The notes under the pieces are model-generated. The model had not been told where the DNA came from, made no database searches, and saw only the letters and a list, made by a program, of their open reading frames with translations. From Bacteroidales bacterium (lineage in GTDB: Bacteria; Bacteroidota; Bacteroidia; Bacteroidales; GCA-2748055), in NCBI GenBank assembly GCA_040903745.1, contig JBBDUV010000006.1, positions 131,775-195,774 of the forward strand: 64,000 bases of DNA. The letters run 5' to 3'. A program made the position numbers and the translations under genes. Below, one piece after another: positions 20,492-28,458 of the stretch (its first letter is position 1; every line of letters begins with the position of its first letter).

Positions 20492-23400
20492 ATGACAGAA
20501 TCCATGTTACAATCGTTGATGAAACTGTTTGCCTTACTGGCAACCATCAACGTGGATGCAACAAGGTTATTCTCCAGAAGCTTTGTAGAAACCTACCTTA
20601 AAGGTCAGTTCAGCCTTAAAATAGTGGAGCGGTCGTTGATTTTGTTTGATTCATACATGGAGGAGTTATCTCCCATACGGTCACATAACGCAAATAAACG
20701 AATTACACTACTTTCAGTGAAGATTCTTATGATCTGCAGCGAGATAAACAACGAGCTTCATTTAAAGAGTAAATTCCTCATTCTTATAAGCATCATACAA
20801 TTTTCCCGGCATTTCGAGGCACACAGCGAGTCACGGGAAGAATTCAGGGAGACCATACTGGATGCTGTGGTTACAATTTCGGGGGCATTATTGATCAATG
20901 AACAGGAATTTGCGAATTGCAGGGCTTTTATCACTGAAAAGTTTTATAAAGTTCCCGATCGTTCAGCGCTGCTTGTCACAAGTAGTATGGAATTCTATCA
21001 GTTATCTGATATTAAACATTTTAGAAAGGAGGGTTTAAAGGGTCAGTTTTTCTTTTTGAAAATTTCGCAGGCGGATATTTATATTTTTTATTATTCAGGG
21101 CAGGAGGTGATGGAGCTGGGAGGGAAAAGTATTTTCCCGAACCATATTTATGTGCTTCCTAAAGGTTCAGCCATCAAGTCGGATAATATGACACCAATTT
21201 ATTATGGTGACATTGTCTCGGCCTTTTGCAGGGATATTAACTATCCGAAAATTTCTTTCAGGGCTGAAAAGATAGGTTTTACCTATCCTGATTCCGATAA
21301 TGGATTGCACGAACTGAGTGTTGAGTTTGAGGTAGGAGAGATGGTCGGAGTGATGGGTGGAAGTGGCACCGGGAAGTCGACCTTGATGAGAATCCTTAAC
21401 GGCACGATTTCTCCGGATGCTGGAATTATTGATATTAATGGAAAACTATTAGGCACATTAAATCAGGATTATCAGGGCATCATGGGTTTCGTTCCACAGG
21501 ATGATCTGCTTATCGATGAGTTGTCTGTTTATGAGAACATGTATTATAACGCAAAACTATGTTTGGATCATCTTAGTGAAAAAGATATTAGTAAACGTAT
21601 TTATTTAGTGTTGAACAATTTGGGACTCTTTTATATCAAAGACCTGAAAGTTGGCAATCCGCTCAATAAATTCATTAGTGGAGGACAACGAAAAAGATTG
21701 AATATTGCCCTGGAGTTGATTCGTGAACCGTATATACTTTTTGTAGATGAACCCACCTCCGGGCTATCCTCTACTGATTCTGAAAATGTACTGTCATTGC
21801 TAAAAGAACAATCTCTGTCGGGCAAGATTGTTATTATCAATATTCATCAACCCTCTTCCGATATGTTCAAGCTTTTTGACAAGGTTATAATCATGGATAA
21901 AGGAGGGTATCCCGTATATTACGGTAATCCGCTGGATTCAGTCTCATACCTGAAAAATGTAGCAAAAAGGGCAGATGCTGCCGAAATCCAGTGTGAAACT
22001 TGTGGAAATGTTCAGACCGACGATATTTTGAAGATCCTTGAAGCGAAGAAAGTAAATGAGTTTGGCGAATTCACTGCTGAAAGAGTTTTAAGTCCGCAGG
22101 ACTGGTATCGGCTCTTTAAGGAAAGGATTGCAAAACCCTTAAAAGCCCCGGTTTTTGAATATCTGCCCGCGCTTAATTTCAGGATTCCATCTGGTATCAA
22201 ACAGTTTGTTATATACAGCAAACGCAATTTCTTCACCAAACTTGCAGATAAACAATTCGTTATTCTTTCACTGTCGATTGCACCGATTCTGGCAATTATT
22301 CTTGCTTTTTTTACAAAGTACCTGGGAGGCATGGAAGAGGGCAAACCTGTTTACCTGTTCAGTCTGAATGAAAATATTCCCGCTTACCTGTTTATGTGTG
22401 TGATTGTTTCCCTATTTATAGGATTGATCGTTTCGGCAGAGGAAATTATTCGAGACAGGAAAATCAGAGCACGCGAAGCATTTTTAAACTTGAGTAAATA
22501 CTCCTATTTTAATTCCAAGATCATATTTTTATTTGGTTTATCAGCTTTACAAATGTTCATTTTTATATTACTGGGCAACAATATTCTCGAAATAAGGGGA
22601 TTAAATCTGAGCTATTGGTTAATTCTTTTCTCCACCTCCTGTTTTGCTGTGATGCTAGGGCTGAATATCTCTTCCGGACTGAAGTCTGTAGTCTCCATCT
22701 ATATTATCATTCCGTTTATACTGGTTCCTCTGATCCTGTTATCAGGTGTGATCGTAAAATACGACAAATTGCATCCGAAAGTAGCAGGTATAGAGTATGT
22801 TCCAGTGGTGGGTGACCTGATGGCCAGCCGCTGGGCCTATGAAGCATTGGTGGTGAACCAATTTAAAAACAATGCCTTTGAGAAACATTTCTTTGATTTA
22901 GAGATGAAGCAGGCAAATCTACTTTTCAATATTAATTTTCTTATTCCTGAGCTAAAGAACAGGATTGGGGATCTCGAACTGGCTCTTTCATTGGGAGAGG
23001 AGGAAAAGGCAACCAGGCTTGCAGGCATTCTCAGCAGCACCTTTTCTGATTTTGATCATTTGCCGAGCGGATTGAGGGATTTTCAACCAGCTGAAAGTTC
23101 TATTTTACTCATGAAAAATTATTTAGGACAATGGGAGGAGTATCTGAAAAGCGAAAGTGGGCGGATCGCAGCTGAAAAGGAAAACCTGATGCAAACACTG
23201 ATCGCCGCATTGCCGAACCCTTCGGATCTGGTAAAACTAAAGCAGCAATATCATAATGAAGCAGTTGCCGATCTGGTTCTGAACCGGAATGAGATGAAAA
23301 AGATATTGGAATATGATGGCAAACTGATCCGGAAAGACACGCCCGTGTTTCATGTTCCTGGTTCCGGTGCAGGAAGATCACATTTTTTTTCGGCAGTAAA

Positions 23401-23551
23401 AGTTGTCGGATCTTTTCAGATTGACACTATATGGTTTAACATATTGGTATTATGGTTAATGACGCTATTTTTGTATATTGCACTTGTAAATAACTGGCTT
23501 AGGTTATTATTGGTCAGTTTTAGCTACGGTAAGAAACACAGAAACTATTAA
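20492..23551 (+). CDS. ABCG-like ABC transporter, fused ATPase plus ABC-2 permease with a ~270-aa N-terminal extension
   Basis: 1019 aa with Walker A GGSGTGKST, signature ISGGQRKRLNIA, Walker B ILFVDEPTSGL and the H-loop region INIHQPS. About 6 TM helices follow, and a helical insertion precedes the last TM. The N-terminal helical and beta-rich regions are unassigned. Confidence 0.85.
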   Translation: MTESMLQSLMKLFALLATINVDATRLFSRSFVETYLKGQFSLKIVERSLILFDSYMEELSPIRSHNANKRITLLSVKILMICSEINNELHLKSKFLILISIIQFSRHFEAHSESREEFRETILDAVVTISGALLINEQEFANCRAFITEKFYKVPDRSALLVTSSMEFYQLSDIKHFRKEGLKGQFFFLKISQADIYIFYYSGQEVMELGGKSIFPNHIYVLPKGSAIKSDNMTPIYYGDIVSAFCRDINYPKISFRAEKIGFTYPDSDNGLHELSVEFEVGEMVGVMGGSGTGKSTLMRILNGTISPDAGIIDINGKLLGTLNQDYQGIMGFVPQDDLLIDELSVYENMYYNAKLCLDHLSEKDISKRIYLVLNNLGLFYIKDLKVGNPLNKFISGGQRKRLNIALELIREPYILFVDEPTSGLSSTDSENVLSLLKEQSLSGKIVIINIHQPSSDMFKLFDKVIIMDKGGYPVYYGNPLDSVSYLKNVAKRADAAEIQCETCGNVQTDDILKILEAKKVNEFGEFTAERVLSPQDWYRLFKERIAKPLKAPVFEYLPALNFRIPSGIKQFVIYSKRNFFTKLADKQFVILSLSIAPILAIILAFFTKYLGGMEEGKPVYLFSLNENIPAYLFMCVIVSLFIGLIVSAEEIIRDRKIRAREAFLNLSKYSYFNSKIIFLFGLSALQMFIFILLGNNILEIRGLNLSYWLILFSTSCFAVMLGLNISSGLKSVVSIYIIIPFILVPLILLSGVIVKYDKLHPKVAGIEYVPVVGDLMASRWAYEALVVNQFKNNAFEKHFFDLEMKQANLLFNINFLIPELKNRIGDLELALSLGEEEKATRLAGILSSTFSDFDHLPSGLRDFQPAESSILLMKNYLGQWEEYLKSESGRIAAEKENLMQTLIAALPNPSDLVKLKQQYHNEAVADLVLNRNEMKKILEYDGKLIRKDTPVFHVPGSGAGRSHFFSAVKVVGSFQIDTIWFNILVLWLMTLFLYIALVNNWLRLLLVSFSYGKKHRNY

Positions 23552-23588
23552 ATTGATTGATTTCCGAAGAGATAAGAAAATTATTATT

Positions 23589-24494
23589 ATGAAACGGATA
23601 AAAAACACGGAACTAATTCTGCTCTGTCTCTGCTGCGGTCTTCTCTTTTCAGCATGTAAGAATCGCGAAAAAAGGATGGATGATGGCTTCAGGTTCGAGG
23701 AGAACATGAAATTGTCAGATATTGAGGTAACCAAGTCATTTGTCTACCTGTTCCCTGCACCTGGAGAGGTTCTTGATCGTTTCTATAATGCAGATTTGCA
23801 GTATATTGAAAATCTTCTTCATGATCCCGGAAAAAGCGACACTTACCTCACGGTAAAGGAAAAAGGGCTGAATCTTGGAATATATATCACAGATATGGCT
23901 TACTGCGCATTGTTTTCCCGTAATTCTGAAGCTACAGATTACCTTGAGGTTATTCGCAAATTAACTAGTGATTTGAATGTGTCGACCACTGTTTTTGAAT
24001 CGCTTATCGATCGAGCCAGAAATAATATAGGTCAGCGGGACTCCCTGGTAACAATTAGCAATGAGGTGTTTTATAATATGGTTGAATTTCTCGAGGAGTC
24101 TGGCCAGGAGAATGCAATCGCCATTATATCCAGCGGTGCCTACATTGAGTCATTGTTTCTCGCTTTGAATTCTGTTGAAGAATTTGACCAGGATGATCCG
24201 ATTATAAGACAAATATCTGAGATGAAGTATCCGATGGAGAACCTGATGGGCCATGCCGAATCGGCTTCCGATGATCCAAATGTTCAAAGTATTCTAAAGT
24301 TTATTATTGGGTTAAATAATCTTTTTAGTGAACTTGAATCAACAGCACTAAATACTGTTGTTAGTGAACCGGGTGTTATTTTATTCTCTGGCGGAGATTC
24401 TCCTGACCTGAACCAGGATAATTTTGATGAGATGAAGCAAATGGTATTGCTTATCAGGGAAAATATTATCAGTAATAACCTAGAATCCAAATAG
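23589..24494 (+). CDS. Hypothetical lipoprotein (mostly helical)
   Basis: Signal and lipobox LLCLCCGLLFSAC. The gene follows the ABC gene within 40 nt, and its stop is 2 nt before the next start. I recognise no family motif. Confidence 0.6.
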   Translation: MKRIKNTELILLCLCCGLLFSACKNREKRMDDGFRFEENMKLSDIEVTKSFVYLFPAPGEVLDRFYNADLQYIENLLHDPGKSDTYLTVKEKGLNLGIYITDMAYCALFSRNSEATDYLEVIRKLTSDLNVSTTVFESLIDRARNNIGQRDSLVTISNEVFYNMVEFLEESGQENAIAIISSGAYIESLFLALNSVEEFDQDDPIIRQISEMKYPMENLMGHAESASDDPNVQSILKFIIGLNNLFSELESTALNTVVSEPGVILFSGGDSPDLNQDNFDEMKQMVLLIRENIISNNLESK

Positions 24495-24496
24495 CT

Positions 24497-24955
24497 ATGA
24501 AAAGAATTGTTATTATTTTATGGGGTCTATTACTGTTTGTTCCCTGCCTGACAGCTCAAAAAAATTCCTGTAGGAAATTTCATCTTTACTCCTATTGCAA
24601 TGTCAATCCCGGGCCGAGATTCAAATTTGATGGTCAGTCGAGAAGCAATGTTATCGGCGCAGGCGATCAGATGATCTATAGTTTGGTACTCTATGGTGAC
24701 AAACAATATAAGATCAATTTTTGTACATCGGATCTCTTTGACCCCATTCATTTAAAACTTTTGAATGCGGAGACGGATGAAGTCATATATGACAATAAAG
24801 ACGATGATTATCTGGCGATGCTTACCTTGAATATCGATAAAACTCAGCGATTGAAAATATCCGTTGAGGTTTTAGCGAACGAGATGTCTGAGCAGGATAA
24901 ATTGGAATATTTCGGGTGCCTTGGAATGATGATCCAGGCAAAAAAAACGGATTAA
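24497..24955 (+). CDS. Hypothetical secreted protein
   Basis: 152 aa with signal peptide MKRIVIILWGLLLFVPCLTAQ and several Cys residues. It is the last gene of the operon. I recognise no family motif. Confidence 0.55.
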   Translation: MKRIVIILWGLLLFVPCLTAQKNSCRKFHLYSYCNVNPGPRFKFDGQSRSNVIGAGDQMIYSLVLYGDKQYKINFCTSDLFDPIHLKLLNAETDEVIYDNKDDDYLAMLTLNIDKTQRLKISVEVLANEMSEQDKLEYFGCLGMMIQAKKTD

Positions 24956-24959
24956 GAAC

Positions 24960-25655
24960 TTAACCTGTTTCGCTGATCCGTTGCAGCTTTTCAATATCAA
25001 TGACTTCAATACTTTTACCCTGTATTCTGATAAGATTGTCTTCACTGAATTTCCTGAGCAATCTGACTACAGTTTCAGCACTCATGCCCGATAGTTCTGC
25101 GATATCTTTTCTTGAAAGGGGAAGCTCAAATTTTGTTTGCTTGAAGACCCTCTCCGTTAAGCATATGATTATATCAGCCAGTCGCCCGTATGCTTGTTTA
25201 TAGGTCAGACAGAAAAATCTACCATATAATTGAACGCTGTTACCGCTCAATATGTTAATGATCTCCCGCGCAAACGCATTGTTCTTTTCCAATACCATAC
25301 TGAATACCTTTACATCGATCTGCCTGATTATGGAATCTACATAAACATTAGCCGAGTAGGGAAAAGTTGTAAGCTCTTCTGATAATGCCGAGAGACCAAT
25401 AAACGAACCTCCCGGTATCAGCCTGAGTAATAATAAATTCTTTCCGTTATCAAGGTAAACCTTTGCAAGTCCTTCTTCCACATACATGATTTGGGATACG
25501 AATCCTCCCTGCTTGCATATCATCTCTCCTTTTTTGTAGGCGATTCTAACGGAGTTATCGTCAAATAGTTTTTGTTCCTGTGTGGTCAGTTTTTCCAGGC
25601 ACCTGCAATCGAAAGAACTGATCGTGCAACCTGAGAATTGTATTCTATCTTCCAT
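24960..25655 (-). CDS. Crp/Fnr family transcriptional regulator with an N-terminal Cys cluster
   Basis: cNMP-binding-like beta-barrel plus a C-terminal HTH (RKDIAELSGMSAETVVRLLRKF). The N-terminus carries C10, C17, C19 and C47, counted from MEDRIQF. The ORF extends to 25718. Confidence 0.85.
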   Translation of the reverse strand: MEDRIQFSGCTISSFDCRCLEKLTTQEQKLFDDNSVRIAYKKGEMICKQGGFVSQIMYVEEGLAKVYLDNGKNLLLLRLIPGGSFIGLSALSEELTTFPYSANVYVDSIIRQIDVKVFSMVLEKNNAFAREIINILSGNSVQLYGRFFCLTYKQAYGRLADIIICLTERVFKQTKFELPLSRKDIAELSGMSAETVVRLLRKFSEDNLIRIQGKSIEVIDIEKLQRISETG

Positions 25656-25724
25656 ATGAACTTTCTCTTGATGGATACAAATATACATATAATCATTTGA
25701 AAAGATGATATGGGTCAATTTTTC

Positions 25725-25738
25725 AGTTGAGATAAATC
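25725..25738. promoter_or_regulatory. Candidate Crp/Fnr box in the divergent promoter
   Basis: ttgag-ataa-atcac against the FNR/CRP-type consensus TTGAT-N4-ATCAA (8 of 10 half-site positions). It lies 70 nt upstream of the regulator start and about 110 nt upstream of the cytochrome start. Confidence 0.35.
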
Positions 25739-25848
25739 ACTGGTTTTTAATGTGTAAAACAGGGCCTTATTCATAGGAAGAGTCGGTGAAAACTGCAAAA
25801 TTAGCAGGGTGAATCATTGTTATTTAAAAAACAGTAAAGGTGAAAATT

Positions 25849-27198
25849 ATGGATGAAGAAAAGAGGTTGAAATTGAGCCAATTACTGGTTATAATGATTG
25901 CTGGTTTTATTTGCTTCAGTTGTACGCAACATAAGATTCCTGATTACAGTGATGTGGCCTCTTGTGTGGGTTGCCACACCAATTATGCACATTTAAAGGA
26001 TGTTTATTCACCCGACACTGTTGCTCCGGCAGGCGGATGTGGGGGAGAGGCTCCGCATTTTGAACCTTACGACAGGGTATTCCTTGGTGGAGATGGTTAC
26101 AAGACATTTAAGGCTGACTATGGGCATGGTAGTTTAGAATGCACCAATTGTCATGGTGGGATTAACGGGACACATGAAAAGGAGATTGCCCATTCGGTGG
26201 GGTTCATTAAACATCCATCCACCCTGTATGAGCAGAAATGTGGAACGTGTCATCCCGAGATTGCAGAGGCCTTCAATACCAGTCTTCACCAGGGTACCGG
26301 TCAGAAAAGAATGGTTACCATGCGTATGGGGTTGTCCGGACCGGAAGAGTTTGACCAGTTACCGGCCCACCAGATTGAAGGGTATAATGCCAATTGTGCC
26401 ACCTGTCATGGTACTTGTGGGAACTGTCATGTCAACAGGCCCCCCATCGGAGGTGGAGGCTTGGCCAACGGTCATGAATTTAAGAAGAATCCGGATATGA
26501 TGGGCACATGTGTTTCATGTCATAGCTCACGGGGTGGTCATGCCTATCTGGGTGTTGCTACGGGAACGGTTGCAGACGTCCATCTGACCGGAGCAGGCTA
26601 TGAGTGTTTAGACTGTCATACAGGGATGGAATTGCATGGAAACGGTGACAGTACTGTAACGCACAGGTATGCCTATTCCGAACTACCCAAGTGTGAGGAT
26701 TGTCATGCAGACCTGGCTGAGTCAAATTTTTACCATACCAAACATATCGATGATTTTAATTGCCAGGTGTGTCATTCGCAGGATTATAATAATTGTGGTA
26801 GTTGTCATGTTCACGGGGAGGGAGCAAGAATTCCCGCCTATCTTGATTTTAAAATTGCGAAAAACCCGATTCCGGAAACAAAGGATTTTGAATTTGCATT
26901 GGTACGACGCACCCTCGGGGCTCCAGACAACTGGAAGGAATATGGTGTTGATGAGTACCTTGCATTTGATACTCATCCGACTTACAACTTTACCACACCG
27001 CATAACATCCTGAAAATTACCTCAAGAACCGATGTCGGTGAAGGAAGTTGTGCCTCGAAATGTCATATACGCACTACAGAGGATAGCGTATACAATAAAA
27101 ACCTTTATCTGTTTGAATCTGATCTGCTCGACTGGGAGATTAGCGCATCAGCCCATATTACGGTAGATGGTAAATTACCCTCGGGATGGTTCAATTAG
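25849..27198 (+). CDS. Multiheme c-type cytochrome lipoprotein (10 CxxCH plus 1 CxxxCH)
   Basis: Motifs counted in the translation: CVGCH, CTNCH, CGTCH, CATCH, CGNCH, CVSCH, CLDCH, CEDCH, CQVCH, CGSCH, plus CASKCH. The signal has Cys at GFICFSC. An ATG lies at 25849 and an alternative GTG at 25840. Confidence 0.85.
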   Translation: MDEEKRLKLSQLLVIMIAGFICFSCTQHKIPDYSDVASCVGCHTNYAHLKDVYSPDTVAPAGGCGGEAPHFEPYDRVFLGGDGYKTFKADYGHGSLECTNCHGGINGTHEKEIAHSVGFIKHPSTLYEQKCGTCHPEIAEAFNTSLHQGTGQKRMVTMRMGLSGPEEFDQLPAHQIEGYNANCATCHGTCGNCHVNRPPIGGGGLANGHEFKKNPDMMGTCVSCHSSRGGHAYLGVATGTVADVHLTGAGYECLDCHTGMELHGNGDSTVTHRYAYSELPKCEDCHADLAESNFYHTKHIDDFNCQVCHSQDYNNCGSCHVHGEGARIPAYLDFKIAKNPIPETKDFEFALVRRTLGAPDNWKEYGVDEYLAFDTHPTYNFTTPHNILKITSRTDVGEGSCASKCHIRTTEDSVYNKNLYLFESDLLDWEISASAHITVDGKLPSGWFN

Positions 27199-27250
27199 AG
27201 GAATAAGGATCATGAATTAAAACAAGTATTAAATCATTAAAATTAACATT

Positions 27251-28216
27251 ATGAAACAAATTAAATTCTGGACACTGACCATTTTTGCAATCTCACTGCT
27301 GCTTGTATCCTGTGGAGAGACCGTTGATGAATCACAGGTATTGGTCGAATACTTGGAATCGGCAGACAGTCCGATTGACGTTACTAAACTAAACAAATTA
27401 ATAAAAGCTACTGAATTGCAAACTGAAATTCTAACAGGCAACCCCTATATTATTGATATCAGAGGTGACGAATACAACACGTTAGGTCATATTGATGGAG
27501 CAGTTCAGGTTGCAGCTACAGATGTTCTCTCACATCTGGATGCTCTTGAAAATGCATCCTCATACAGTAAGATTGTTGTCGTTTGCTACACTGGTCAGAC
27601 TTCAGCCTATTTCGTCTCGCTGGCAAATATGGCAGGTCATAATGTATGGTCACTTTTATGGGGAATGAGTGCCTGGAATGATGCCACAGCTGGTCCCTGG
27701 AATAACAATATTAAAAATACCTATGCGACCCAACTGGAGATTACTACGAATCCAAAAGGAGAAGAGGGTGCATTACCCGTTATTGAAACAGGATACGAAA
27801 CAGCCGAAGATATATTGGCTGCGCGCATCGCTGAAGTAAATGCAGCAGGGTTCTCTCCTGCCACAATTACTGCCGATGTTGTCTGGGCCAATCCGGAAAA
27901 CTACTATATCGTGAATTACTGGCCACTTAACCAATATGAAATGGGACACATTACCGGAGCTATTCAGTATACTCCGGGAGTTGATATTTTAACCACATCA
28001 TATCTCAAAACGCTTCCGACTGATAAGCCGATTGTGGTTTATTGCTATACCGGTACAGGGAGTGCCTTCCTTTCAGCCTATCTCCGGGTTTTGAATTACG
28101 ATTCAAGATCACTGATGTTTGGAATCAACGGAATGGCAAGAGACTGGGCAGCAGATAACCAGTTGACTAACTGGAATGAGGGACATATTGCCGGTAATGA
28201 TCTGGTTACAGAATAA
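27251..28216 (+). CDS. Tandem rhodanese-domain lipoprotein
   Basis: Lipobox LLLVSC. Two rhodanese domains carry active-site-type loops, VVVCYTGQTSA and VVYCYTGTGSA. The gene starts 52 nt after the cytochrome gene on the same strand. Confidence 0.85.
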   Translation: MKQIKFWTLTIFAISLLLVSCGETVDESQVLVEYLESADSPIDVTKLNKLIKATELQTEILTGNPYIIDIRGDEYNTLGHIDGAVQVAATDVLSHLDALENASSYSKIVVVCYTGQTSAYFVSLANMAGHNVWSLLWGMSAWNDATAGPWNNNIKNTYATQLEITTNPKGEEGALPVIETGYETAEDILAARIAEVNAAGFSPATITADVVWANPENYYIVNYWPLNQYEMGHITGAIQYTPGVDILTTSYLKTLPTDKPIVVYCYTGTGSAFLSAYLRVLNYDSRSLMFGINGMARDWAADNQLTNWNEGHIAGNDLVTE

Positions 28217-28458
28217 TACTTTATTTTTTCTTTTTTGTATTGTTGTCAATTATCCTGATCAGAAAAACAGAAATCTGATACTGCAATGACAGGTACTGCT
28301 TCCATGGGTATACTTTTTACCTAAACGAACAATATTCAGTTATGTATTAAAGACAAAATATACCGGAATCACAAAAATCTGTTAAATACTGATCATCAGT
28401 AAATTTTTAATTAATTCATTTGTAAGTTGCTGTTATAAATACCTAATCAGCAATATTC

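Noticed and set aside
28217-28458. Invertible promoter (inverton) upstream of the S74 fibre gene
   Set aside because: The similar segments I noticed (cagaaatctgatactg and caaaaatctgttaaatactg) are in direct rather than inverted orientation and are short. No intact recombinase is adjacent.
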